A stretch of 64,000 nucleotides of DNA from Octopus sinensis (GCF_006345805.1 NC_043002.1:20770001-20834000), one strand, 5' to 3'; shown: positions 11,933-24,341, counted from the first letter of the stretch. Translations and numbers: made by a program. The notes: generated by a model from the sequence alone, not told the origin.

Positions 11933-12527
11933 TGTTTAATGTCTATTTTCCATGCTGGCATGGGTTGGATGGTTCGACAGCAGCTAGATAGCTGGAGAGC
12001 TGTCTAGAAATTAATGCATTCATATTCAATAAACCAAACCAATTGTTGATTTTTATTTGAGCCACTCTGATCATAAACAGCCATTAACGACAGGGATGAT
12101 GTCTGAACAAAAATTGATATAGCTACAGTGAAACTTCATCACAAACAATTTTTAACCAAAAGAAAAAAAAAACAACTACCAGAATTGCAGTAATGTACAC
12201 AGCAAAAGTTGTTGTATTTCATAGGTTGCTCTGTGTTCAAAATAATGCTTTCAGTGTGATCTATTTCAAATTAGCAGAAATTATTTTTTAAATGTAGACT
12301 ATAATAAGAATTAACTATTAGCAACAGAAGTGATATTAATATCAAAATGTAATCTTTATACCCAACTTAACAAGGATGCCATGTTAAATGAAAGGCTCTC
12401 TCAAGGCTAATAAGGTAGCAAGTATTATGTTATGTTGGTGTTAATACTGCTTCTGTTGCTAATAATTAATTTTTAATTAGCCAGCTGGCTGTGTGTGACA
12501 TCCACATCCGAAAAGATGTTGATAATC
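11760..12527. repeat. Right arm of long inverted duplication
   Basis: Reverse complement of 5949-6701; ends on the base before the mariner TA at 12528. Confidence 0.95.
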
Positions 12528-13096
12528 TATTGAGTTGTTCAGAAAGCTCATGCCAATTTTTAAAGGAAAGCAAAAGGTCAATAATATTTGCCATTACATT
12601 TTTAATCAACCAAATATGAACCATTTTGTTGCACAATGCATATCCATCTTTCCTTCAACTTGAAAATACCCTCTTCCCAGAATTGAGGTGGATTCATGGC
12701 GAAGAATTTATCAAGGTATCTTTTTATGTCATCCAAGGAATTGAAATTTTTACCATTAAGGCTGTTCTGCAGAGACCTGAATAAGTGGAAATCCAAAGGA
12801 GCAATATCTGGTGAATATGGAGGGTGGGGTAACATATCCCAGCCAAGCTGCAGCAATTTTTGTCTGGTTCCCAAAGCATCAAGTGCCGAAAATGAACTTT
12901 CTTATCTTCTATTGAAAAGGGTTACAGAATTAACACAGGTTATAGGAACATAAACCTTCTTCCACGAAAATATAGCTTAAATTGTGCTCTAAATGGAGGT
13001 GTAGTCAAATCCTATTTTATGAACTCAACCATGTTCTGAAATAAGTCGAACGGTAAGCTATGATAAATTGGCACAAACTTTCCGGACAACCCAGTA
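12528..13096 (-). mobile_element. Internally deleted mariner with both TIRs and TA TSDs
   Basis: TA-TTGAGTTGTTCAGAAAG... and TA-CTGGGTTGTCCGGAAAG... ends. N-terminal EDKKVHFRH is joined to C-terminal HPPYSPDIAPLDFHLFRSLQNSLNGKNF. Confidence 0.92.
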
Positions 13097-14262
13097 TATA
13101 TTGTAGCAGTGAGATTTAACTGGCATGCAGTGATCAGTTGGTTCCCATTGATGAGGTCTAGTAGACTGAAATTAAGTGATATGGGAATTCTGGCAGATTT
13201 TGTTCACTATGATCTATATGTGTGTTTTTAAGCACCATGCACCTATATTAAGAGGGCCCCTCAAGGCTAATAACACGGTATCCATGTTAAGTTGGATATA
13301 ATGTTTAATTTTTACAATACGAATGTTGTAGTGGCTGTCTAATCTGTGGTGAATAATTTTGAAATACCTTGAAGCGCCTCCATTTTGTAGGGTTGTGAAT
13401 AATAAATTTCTCTGAAAGAAATAAAATGCAGAAAAATAAATAAATATAATCAAAAGTAAAAAGACAATATTTATTAATTGTATAATATTTTAAACCCCTG
13501 TCTTTGTACAGGTTGGTGCAAGATGGTTGTCAGTTCATTCTTATATAATTTATGTATTTTTTTTTAGTATTCTTACACCATTTTTGTCAATAAACATACA
13601 CACTGAAATCTAACATCCCATCCTAATGGACTTAATCAGACTCACATCTCTTGAAGTTGAAGATCTCTCTTAGATTACAGCATTGCACTGAGTGGACAAG
13701 GTCCTCTTTTATCTGCTCCTCAGTAACTTTGGTGTGTTCCATACAACAACACCAGAGCCACCACCACCACCACTGCTGGTACTACTGTAGAGGCCTCTAA
13801 TGGAGATATGACAATTTTGTCATATCAACACAGAAACACAGTCTTTGATCATATCTAAAAATGCAATTTTGTATATCATTCTCTCCAGCAGTTAAAACCC
13901 TTAAAATTACAATAAAGGTTAATCTTCACAATCTGAGAGCATTTTTCCTGGTGATTCCACATAAATAATGTAACTAAAACTCCATCAGAAAGACCAGCCA
14001 TTCTCCGTGGGGCCAGAAAATATTTCAATCTTGATCAGTCGCTGATTTTTTACAAAAATTAAAACTCACAATGGAATACAGCTCCTGCATTCATGCAATC
14101 AAACCTATAAGACTGCATTTAAATGAAAGCCATCTTATCAGTGGCCTGGGAACGAAATTTCCTTAGTGGGGTGCAAACCCAGGTCCAAAATTTTTATGTA
14201 AAAGGTGAATTTTTTCAATGTTAATTTTAAAACAATGCAGGTATAATAATAATTTTTATTAT

Positions 14263-14770
14263 TATGAGGGTTGACTGAAATGTTCATTGGTTGAGCAAGA
14301 CACTCTCAAGGAATGTGACCAAATGAAGTTCAATTTTGTAACAAAGTTCCTCTTACTGTCCACACACTTCCATCAGTAGTTGCAATGCTTGGATCGCACT
14401 GGTGAAGAAGCTATCCTCTTGGTCAAAATAGTCATCAACAGCAGATAAGATGTCATCATCACAGTGATACTGGTGCCCAGCCGTGTGTTTCGTTCATGTT
14501 GGGAAACAGATGATAATCAGATGGAACCGAATCACTAACATAAGGAGGGTGATCAACAAGTTCAAAGCTAATCATGCACAGCAGCCATTGAAACCATGGA
14601 CTTGTGTGCTGAAGCATTGTCCTTATGAAACAAGACTCCATTCATCAGTTTCTCTGGGCACTTGGTCTTGATATAGCCTCTCCTATCTGCCTTGGCAAAC
14701 TAGCATTGAACTTTCCATTGATGGTGTGATCATTTTGAAGATAGTCAATAAACACAATATTTTTTGCATT
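14263..14770 (-). mobile_element. Mariner transposase 3' remnant with one TIR
   Basis: IVFIDYLQ...FELVDHPPYVSDSVPSDYHLFPNM; TIR-like TATGAGGGTTGACTGAAATGTTC at 14263. Confidence 0.85.
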
Positions 14771-15837
14771 AGCATATAGTATATGTAATAATGTGAAGTA
14801 TATTTTGTATATTAGAATGTTTAATTTCAGAAATATATCAAGCGAAGCAAACATAAACAGTAAAAATCCAAATTGCAAGTATTTCAAAATGTGGGACACT
14901 GCATGACAAAAACTGACAAAAATTAAAGAAAATAGTGGTGCTTGGGTTTCAGAGGTATGATAAAAGGGCTCAAGTAAAGGATAGAAAGGAAGGAAGATAG
15001 AAAGAAATAAAAGAATGAAAAGGGAAAAGATAAACTTGGGGTCTGAAGTGAATGTTAGGCAGGAGATGAAACAAAATGTATGTCTTACCTATGCACTTGT
15101 CAAGTAGAAAAAAGATGAATGATAAAAAATTGGATGGTCTTTTGGTACCAAAAAGTGAAGAAAGAGAGACAGAGTGGAATAGAGAAGGTTAGGAAAGAGC
15201 AAGTACGAAGAAAGGGGGAATGTGGAGAGAAAAAGGAATAAAAATAGACAGCAGGTAGTTGACAGAGGCTGAAATGGAATGTAGTAAAGAGAGAAAAGCA
15301 GATAGAAATATATGTATGCAACATATGCTATAATCATAAACGGGGAAAATTTTAGCTATTTCTCTACAGACTGAAAAAAAAAAGAGACAACCTTAATTGA
15401 TTTTCAAGCCTTATTGGGTTCTAATCAGAGGAATTCTCATCATTCTGATAGTACCAGAGAAACATTTAGCCACACTGTTTATATACTTAACAAATGCAGC
15501 AGTTACTCTACGAATGATTCCCTAATTTGCATACCAAAAGTGCTTCATACTCTATAAATACCAGCGGCCTGTCAATGGGGTTCTTAGTCCACATAGTATC
15601 AATGTATGATATAACAAATATGTAACATATGGTATAATTATAACAGGGCAAATTCTAGCTATTTCTCTGTAGAATGAAAATGTGATGAACAACCTTTCAT
15701 AATACTTTAATTTTGAGATCGACGATGCTTCATTTCAGTAATATATCTTTCTAGAGAATTCCCTTGGGAATTTTATGACCAGCTTCATCAATAGATATTT
15801 TGGGTTGTTTTTAAAAATTAATTTTATCCTTTACTTT

Positions 15838-16043
15838 CTTTACTCTTTCACTTGTTTCAGTCATTTTGACTGTAGCCATGCTGGAGCACTGCCTTTAGTC
15901 GAGAAAATCGACCCCAGGACATATTCTTTGTAAGCCTAGTACTTATTCTATCGGTTTCTTTTGCCGAACCGCTAAGTGACAGGAACGTAAACAAACCAGA
16001 ATCGGTTGTCAAGCGATGTTGGGGGAACAAACATAGACACACC

Positions 16044-16102
<59 letters not shown>

Positions 16103-16325
16103 ACACACACACACGCACACACACAAGCACATACACACACACATATATATACATATATGCGACGGGATTCTTTCAGTTTCCGTCCACCAAATCCATTCAC
16201 AAGGCTTTGGTCAGCCCAAGGCTATAGTAGAAGACACTTGCCCAAGGTGCCACGCAGTGGGACTGAACTCGGAACTATGTGGTTTGTAAGCAAGCTACTT
16301 ACCACACAGCTACTCCTGCGCCTAT
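15838..16325 (-). mobile_element. Full composite SINE: tRNA/CORE-like head, (CA)n linker, second module
   Basis: CACTTGCCCAAGGTGCC (reverse complement of CORE-like CCTTGGGCAAGTG); tail CAGTCATTTTGACTGTAGCCATGCTGGAGC. Same family as 36499-36865. Confidence 0.88.
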
Positions 16326-16785
16326 GTTCTTGTTTTGAGAAGAAACCTAATTTCAAGCAACCTGTTACAGATCACTTTTTAGGCACTATTTTCCAAACCT
16401 GGCAAAGTATGTAGGGATGCAAATTTTAATTTTGCACCCACTAAAAATTTTAGGGGGCGCAAGTGCACCACCTGCACCCCCAGTTCCTGGGCCCTTGATA
16501 CTGGCCATTTCTTCGACTTAAATATGTACCACAAAGATTGGAGGAAAGAAAGGGAGAAAAGGAAATGAGAAAGCAATAGACAAAAGGGGACAGAATGAAA
16601 TAAAGGTTAATAGAAAGAAAGAGTGCGAAAGTGTCGCAGCTAAATGTCATAAATCACAGCCAGATTAGGCAGCAGTTTCCGTATAATCCAATTTCTTTGA
16701 TTAAGCCAACCTCAGTATATAACTGGTACTTATATTTAACTTGCGTCTTACGTGACTTAACCAACACTAGTATACAACTGATGTG

Positions 16786-17090
16786 GAGGTGCAATGGCCC
16801 AGTGGTTAGGGCAGCGGACTCGCGGTCGGAGGATCGTGGTTTCGATTCCCAGACCGGGCGTTGTGTGTGTTTATTGAGCGAAAACACCTAATGCTCCACG
16901 AGGCTCTGGCAGGGGGTGGTGCCGACCCCCTGTTGTACTCTTTGGCCCAATTTTCTGTCGCTCTTTCTTCCTATTTCTTGAGTAACGCTGCGATGGACTG
17001 GCGTCCCGTCCAGCTGGGGGGAACACGTACGTCACAGAAACCGGGAAACCAGGCCCATGAGCCTGGCTAGGCTTGAAAAAGGTGCATAAA
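16786..17090 (+). mobile_element. tRNA-derived SINE, head H1 with tail B
   Basis: Same head as 8098; tail GTAACGCTGCGATGGACTGGCGTCCCGTCC...GAAACCGGGAAACC. Confidence 0.88.
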
Positions 17091-17175
17091 AAAATAACAA
17101 GCCTCGATGGGGTTGTTAGACCTGCTAAAAATAATAGCTAAATCTCACTCAGAAAAACGCGAGAAATTACATTAT

Positions 17176-17358
17176 GTAGCATACATACGTACGTATACAC
17201 ATACGCACACACACACACACGCATGCATACATACATACATACATACATACATACATACATACATACATACATACATACATACATACACGTGGTAAACGTT
17301 TGTGTTTAACAATGCGGAAAAATACTAAACGCACACACAAACTCTGTGCGTGTGTGTC

Positions 17359-17409
<51 letters not shown>

Positions 17410-17426
17410 TGATGATGATGATGATG

Positions 17427-17461
<35 letters not shown>

Positions 17462-17581
17462 CCTTTCTAATACAGGCACAAGGCCTGAAGTTTGGGGGAG
17501 AGATATAGTCAACTACATCGACCCCAGTACTCGAAAGGATGGAAAGCAAAATCGACCTCGGTGGAATTTGAAATCAGAACG

Positions 17582-17642
<61 letters not shown>

Positions 17643-17668
17643 TAATGATGATGATAATAATAATAGTA

Positions 17669-17726
<58 letters not shown>

Positions 17727-17777
17727 ATGAAAAAAATGACGAAAGTTACCAAGGGTTTTGTCCGTTTGAAAAGTAAC

Positions 17778-17780
<3 letters not shown>
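17176..17780. repeat. Local direct duplication, copy 1 (partner 18755-19355)
   Basis: Shared unique blocks AAACGTTTGTGTTTAACAATGCGGAAAAATACTAA and GGCACAAGGCCTGAAGTTTGGGGGAGAGATATAG between microsatellites. Confidence 0.9.
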
Positions 17781-17834
<54 letters not shown>

Positions 17835-18139
17835 GATACACATACACAAGATCGGAAGGAAGGGCGTGGGAAGCATTACCTGAACACCTATGACTATAGG
17901 TCATTTAAAAAAGAGGCCATCTTGGTTTAAACAACAACAACAGATTATTATATATCAAAGCTTTCCCGTTCTCGACTGAAACGGCTCCAGTATTCAACAG
18001 ATACCTATTATATCAAAAACCACATCTTTCTTTAAGAATGTATAGTGGGGTTTGAGCTTTATATATTTTTTTAAGGCTGTTTGTCTGGCTTCCAATGTAT
18101 ATAAGTGACTAAGATCACAACAAACTTCTTGAACCGGAC

Positions 18140-18356
18140 GCTGGTCCGTTGAAGGGCTGAAGGTCAACAATTTTGAGGATATGTTTGGTTACATCGAAAC
18201 CCCTTTCTTTGAAGAGTACTTTGTTTTATCGACGAAGCCGGGATAAAAGCAAAGCTGACATCGTCAGGATTTGAACTCAGAACCTGGAGAACCGGAAAGA
18301 ACGTCGCTAAGCATTTAGCTCAACGCTGCCAACGATTTCGCCATTTCGCCGCCTTA
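18140..18356 (-). mobile_element. Degenerate Meta-like SINE
   Basis: Reverse complement of the head: GATTTGAACTCAGAA...CGCCGCCTT. Confidence 0.7.
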
Positions 18357-18754
18357 CACTAAATATAGGGTAACGAAATTAAACAAGTAAAACATAATAA
18401 CCTAGAATGGCTCTAAGAATTATTTTGTAAAGTAGGATACAAAAAAAACGGCAAAGAAAAAGTGTTTTTCTTACAAGACTAGGTTTACTTAACAAATCTA
18501 AGATTCTCAAGATTGCTAAAAACAAGTTCTTTAATTACACATCGGTGTCAAACTAATTACTAAGTCTATCTGCGTAGAATATGATGAAATATATCATATA
18601 TAGCGTGTCTAAAGTACAACTTCATGCGCTATATATCGTATAATGTGTTACAAGTATGTGTATATATGTGTATGTATGTATGTGTTAGTATATATACATA
18701 TATATATGTGCGTGCGTGTATGTGTGTGTAAGAAGAGAAGCGCAAATAAGGAAA

Positions 18755-18991
18755 GTAGCATACATACGTACGTATACACATACACACACACACGGATGCA
18801 TGCATACATACATACATACATACATACATACATACATACATACATACATACATACATACATACATACATACATACATACATACATACATACATACATACA
18901 CGTGTTAAACGTTTGTGTTTAACAATGCGGAAAAATACTAACCGCACACACAAACTCAGTGCGTGTGTGTCTAATAATAATAATAATAATA

Positions 18992-19022
<31 letters not shown>

Positions 19023-19355
19023 CCTTTCTAATATAGGCACAAGGCCTGAAGTTTGGGGGAGAGATATAGCCAACTACATCGACCCCAGTACTCGAAAGGA
19101 TGGAAAGCAAAATCGACCTCGGTGGAATTTGAAACCAGAACGTGAATACTACTACTACTACTACTACTATACTACTACTACTACTACTAATTATTATTAT
19201 TATTATTATTATTTCGTTTATTGGTCACAAGGGCTAACAAAAATAAATTAAAACATAAGGGACAAAACACAGGACAAAAGTTACAAAGGGTTTTGTCCGT
19301 TTGAAAAAGTCCGTGTACAAAAGTAGGATAACAACGAAATGTAAGTAACAATAAT
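18755..19355. repeat. Local direct duplication, copy 2
   Basis: See 17176-17780. Confidence 0.9.
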
Positions 19356-19742
19356 AATAATAATACACAAAGGGTTTACATAAAAAAAATTTACGGACAA
19401 AACAGGACAAATACAATGTGGGGTTACATGAAAATCGTGTAAGCTATGAAAAACTAACATTAATCGAATATAACAAAATCCCCTAAAAGAGGGAGACCTC
19501 CTGGAACTGCTCGTGAGAAACCCACAAGTCCACAACAGTCTTGACTACTAAGGTAAGTGCCCTTTCTGCTTTGTCTACAGGCGCATGCTTAGAGAAGGCC
19601 CAACCACTCAGGCCATTCTTGCAACATTTACCCACCTTTTGACAAAATTGCCGGGGTGGGGTGGGAGGCAGAACTTCCCTCTCCACCCACATTTGCCTTT
19701 TCAAGTGAAATTCGAAGAAGTTGATTAGGGCTTGGCCAAACA
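19212..19742 (-). mobile_element. Probable 3' end (ORF2 C-terminus and 3' UTR) of a Tx1/L1-type LINE
   Basis: Minus strand FGQALINFFEFHLKRQMWVEREVL, then an AT-rich UTR ending in a (TAA)n tail. Clade assignment is from memory. Confidence 0.55.
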
Positions 19743-19802
<60 letters not shown>

Positions 19803-19806
<4 letters not shown>

Positions 19807-20110
19807 TTTTGCCACAAGGGCAGCAATTTCGGGACGGGGTAAGTCGATTAGGTCTACCCCAGTGCTTATCTGGTGCTTATTTTATCGACCCCGAAAGGAA
19901 GTAAGGCAATAACGACCTCAGCGGTATTTGAACTCAGAAAGTAAAGGCAAACGAAATACCGTTAAGCATTTTGTCCGGATGCTAACTGACAAAATGCTAA
20001 GCGGGATTTAGTTCGTCATAAAAATAAGTACGAGTTGGACACCGGTGTAAATGTAATCGACTAACCTCTACCCCGAAATTGCTGGCCTTGCGCCAAAATT
20101 TGAAACTAAT
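19803..20110. mobile_element. Two Meta-like SINE fragments in opposite orientation
   Basis: Minus copy 19803-19990, plus copy 19990-20110. Confidence 0.7.
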
Positions 20111-20816
20111 ATTAAAATGAGATATCGGGAAAATTGCTTTTAAACTAAATTAAATGCAAAACTACAGGAAATTAAAAATCCGGACAGAATCTTGGTAAAA
20201 TCGAATGTGACTAAGAAAAAAAAAATCTATATAAAATTGACAACTCTGTTTGCCTCAGAGTTATAATTAACATCAACAACAATGCCTATTAGAAGACTAA
20301 GTGGAATATTGTAAATGAAATTAATACCCAAGTTCTAGAAATTACTTTCGATTTTAATACTTGATAAACCCGTGTATATTGTATCGATCTTTCTGCTATT
20401 CTTGCTCTTGTCCCCGCCAGCCGTCTCTGGAAATTACCTCCCTTATCGCTCCACTCTTTCTCATATTATGAACACACAATGTCTTGCAATTTCTTCCGGC
20501 GGCTATGAAAACTAATTTCTGAAATCAATTTTAGCTATTCCGTCATTAACTTCTTGTCACATTTTCTCAAACATAACGGTCGCCTAACTGGCAGACAGTC
20601 TACTTTGTACATCCTTTAGCACATTCTAAAACATTTTATTACATTTCTCACTCACCTACCACAATATCAAATTTTCATACATATATTTGGAGCATTGACT
20701 GTGTAAACCCACTTTCAACATATCCACAAGTGTTTTGTATTTCTTTTTGATTTGCGTTTAACCCTTTCACGATTTGTTTTCTGCAAATCTATTTCTCGCC
20801 TTTTAAATACGAAATT

Positions 20817-20975
20817 GAATCTTTTCGGTTTGAACGGCAGTTTTTTCTAGCGGTGTCATATGAAATTGTCACCCATAATTATGACCCTAGTATTGATCTA
20901 TTGCATTTCAATCTGTTTTAGGGTTAGGGTTAGGGGAAGAGTATCTTTTTTTCTTCACAAATGTAAATAATAATT
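20817..20975. mobile_element. Truncated copy of the TTAGGG-bearing MITE
   Basis: Left TIR and the first ~155 bp match 22412 and 62598. Confidence 0.85.
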
Positions 20976-21144
20976 TTTTTTTAACTAAACAGTTTAAAAC
21001 TTCGCATACTGGTGTAATTTCTCACACTGAACACGGTTTACTTTCAACACTTTTGACAAAATTTCGTACTTTAGAAGTTACTTCGTGTTAAAGTTGTATT
21101 CGGGTAATTTTAATCGATCAACAACGTGTATTCAAATGACACCA

Positions 21145-21262
21145 ACCCGCTGGCTAAGCGAGCAGACCAACAGAAGAAAGAGTGAGAGAAAGTTGTGGCG
21201 AAAGAGTACAGCAGGGATCACCCCACCACCGCCGGAGCCTTAACCACTGGGCCATTGCGACG

Positions 21263-21302
<40 letters not shown>

Positions 21303-21464
21303 GAAGAGCTTCTTTCAGTTTCCGTCTACTAATTTCACTCACAAGGCTTTGGTTAGCCCGAGGATATAGTAGGAGACACTTGCCCAAGGTGCCACGCAGT
21401 GGGAGTGAACCCAGAATCATTTAGTTGGGAAGCAAGCTTCTTACAATGCAGCCATGACTGTACC

Positions 21465-21465
<1 letters not shown>
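21145..21465 (-). mobile_element. Adjacent SINE fragments: deleted H1/tail C and a CORE-like head
   Basis: CCGCTGGCTAAGCGAGCAG...AACCACTGGGCCATTGCG, then (CA)n, then CACTTGCCCAAGGTGCC. Confidence 0.8.
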
Positions 21466-21496
<31 letters not shown>

Positions 21497-21925
21497 TGTG
21501 TGTGTGTGTGTATAAGTAAACAACGTTTGAAATATTACGACAGCTGTTTCGGTAGAATCTGAGTATGTGTTTATGAGTCTAAGGACACGAATATATTCTT
21601 ATAGAATCTCAGTGAGAAGCGCGCAAAAAATATTGTTTGCGAAAAAGAGAAAAAATAAATCGTAAAAGAAAAGTACAGAAAAGTGGGTATTATTGATATT
21701 TCAAAATATTCTTAGAAATTTAAGAAATATTTCCTGTAACATAGTAGGAACTAAGTATTTTCTGTTTTTGTTTTTTTTTTTGTTTTTTTGCACAGACTCT
21801 TTTTTGTATATTCGTTTTGCTTGTTTCTTTTATTTTATTTTTTTTAGAATAAACGGAAGACAATAGATTCATTTCACTAGAAATTCATTTGAAAAGTCTC
21901 GTGGGATTTTATCGTTAATGCATAA

Positions 21926-21985
<60 letters not shown>

Positions 21986-22411
21986 TTATTTATATATATA
22001 TACATACACAAATAAAAATGTATGTATGTGTGTGCGTGTATGTGTATGTGCATATATATATATATATATTTATATATACACACACACATAAAAATGTGTA
22101 TATGTATGTATGTCTATGTGCGTGTGTGTGTGTGCGTGTGTGTGTGCGCGTGTGTGTGTGTGAGTGTGTGTAGGCTTATTTCCTATTTGATCATTTCCTA
22201 GATGAATCGTGTTGATCAAAATGTTGTTTTGAATGTCGTTATTTTGTTGATGTTGTTGTTGCTTTTATTTAGGTTTTGATGTTCACTCTCAGTTCAGCTA
22301 CTACCGAGTCAAACTATGTTCAAATATCTTCCAGCCGTGACCATTCAGACGAAATTTTTAATAAGACGGTGGAGTTTGAGGGAAAGAAATTTGGCACTTA
22401 TTTCTATTCTA

Positions 22412-22851
22412 GGATCTTTTCGGTTTGAACGGCAGTTTTTTCTAGCGGTGTCACCCATAATTATGACCCTAGTATCGATATATTGCATTTCAATCTGTTT
22501 TAGGGTTAGGGTTAGGGTTAGTTAGGGTTAGGGTTAGTTAGGGTTAGGGTTAGGGGTGGGAGGAAGGGTATCTTTTTTCTTCACAAATGTAAATAAACCC
22601 AATCTGTTTCTTAAACGAGGGACATATTCATACGGCACAGAATGTTTTCACCTCAATAGACGCACTTTAATTGGTTGAAATTGCAGAAATTTAAGAAAAA
22701 ACAACAAATATCTTACAAACTATAGAATTTTCTCAATAAAGCCAAGAGAAAAAGATGTTTTATAAACACATTCTACCAGTATACGATGTTTAAAAGTGTT
22801 TAGTTACGTGGAAATTATTTTTAAAAACTGCCGTTCAAACCGAAAAGATCC
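22412..22851. mobile_element. MITE with ~28-bp TIRs starting GGATC, 8-bp TSD CTATTCTA and internal (TTAGGG)n
   Basis: GGATCTTTTCGGTTTGAACGGCAGTTTT ... AAAACTGCCGTTCAAACCGAAAAGATCC; TSD at 22404-22411 and 22852-22859. Confidence 0.95.
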
Positions 22852-23234
22852 CTATTCTATTCTAGCCAAGCGAGCGGACCTTGACTAAAGATGTTCCAAT
22901 TGTCTGTATTACTGTTAAAGCGATGGAGTGTGAAGTGAGGGAAGCGTAGCTCTTATTTCTTGCATGTGGAGTAGATATATGATGATATGTGTTCCAACCA
23001 TGAACGTTACGACATTCTTTCTGTAAAACGTTTGAGCTCTGAGTTGTGGGAAATTTGACTGTTATTTCTTGTAGGGTCAAACAGAGCTATGATTAAAGGG
23101 TGTTCTAGTCCTGACTAGCTTGTTTTAAGACAGTAGAGGTGTGAATTAGGGAAATGTAGTTGCTCTTATTAGCATGTCGATGAACCAACGTCCATATGGC
23201 TCTTAGGTATCCATATATGATTTTGTTACTCTTT

Positions 23235-23475
23235 ACTCTCTTTTGCTCTTGTACTTGTTTCAGTCATTTGACTGTGGCCATGCTGGAGCACCGCCTTTTA
23301 GTCGAGCAAATCGACCCCAAGACTTATTCTTTGTTAGCCTAGTACTTATTCTATGGGTCTATTTTGCCGAACCGCTAAGTTACGGGGACGTAAACACATC
23401 AGCATCGATTGTCAAGTGATGTTGGGGAGACAAACACAGACGCACAAACGTATACACACACGTACACACACATAT

Positions 23476-23480
<5 letters not shown>
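23235..23480 (-). mobile_element. Composite SINE 3' module
   Basis: Matches 15838-16050. Confidence 0.85.
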
Positions 23481-23526
<46 letters not shown>

Positions 23527-23919
23527 CTAGCAGTATCGCCCGGCGTTGCTCGGGTTTGTAAGGGAAATAATTATATAAGCATTTTTAGAGATGTAAAGTA
23601 TAATAGCCATCTCAATATGGCTAACCACAAAGGGGGAGGGGTGTTACTGTAGCTTTTTACGTTCTGAGACTTAATAATAAATTTTAGAGAGTTACTTCCC
23701 TTATATATGTCAAAAATGGATTAAAAATGGGAAAAATTGATGGTAAATTTTTTTTAAATCGTAGACTCATCGTAGACGCGCGCTAATACCCAGACGGTCT
23801 CGATATGAATCACGACTATAAGATACCGGTTTTGGTTAAACTGCACCGCAAAATGTGGGAGTAGTTAGGAATCTAAATCGTAGGAGACAGACACACAACC
23901 TCACTTTTATATATAAAGA
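23527..23919 (-). mobile_element. Non-autonomous Helitron-like element
   Basis: Minus strand A|TC start, subterminal hairpin CCCG-AGCAACGC-CGGG, CTAG|T end, no TSD. Confidence 0.75.
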
Positions 23920-24081
23920 TTTCCTCTATTTACATAATATTGAGGTCTCTTTCTTTCTTTTGTTATCCTACTGTTTTTACCAATATACATATATATATAT
24001 ATATAAATATATATATAGTTACAGAGATGTACTTGCATAGCAAGTGACTTGATCTGAGATCGTGTGCTGGAACGAAAGCAG

Positions 24082-24341
24082 TTGCAGCGTTGAAGGTGTT
24101 TATAAGCCATTTAAGAAGCACACAAAAACCGTTAGATTCACTTCAACTTTTAAATTTTAATTTGTCAAAATATTTTCGTCGCTTTGAGACCGCGACCTGT
24201 TTGCACGATATTTTTGTCAGTGAACAGGTCGCGGTCTCAAAGCGACGAAAATATTTTGGCAAATTAAATTTAAATGTTGAAGTGAATGTAACGGTTTTTG
24301 TGTGTTTCTTAAATGGCTTACAAACACCTTCCAGGCTGCAA
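24082..24341. repeat. Near-perfect 260-bp palindrome (~120-bp arms)
   Basis: TTGCAGC...GAGACCGCGACCTGTT / AACAGGTCGCGGTCTC...GCTGCAA. Confidence 0.95.

Noticed and set aside
22495-22560. True telomere or chromosome-fusion scar
   Set aside because: The TTAGGG units sit at the same position inside three copies of one MITE.
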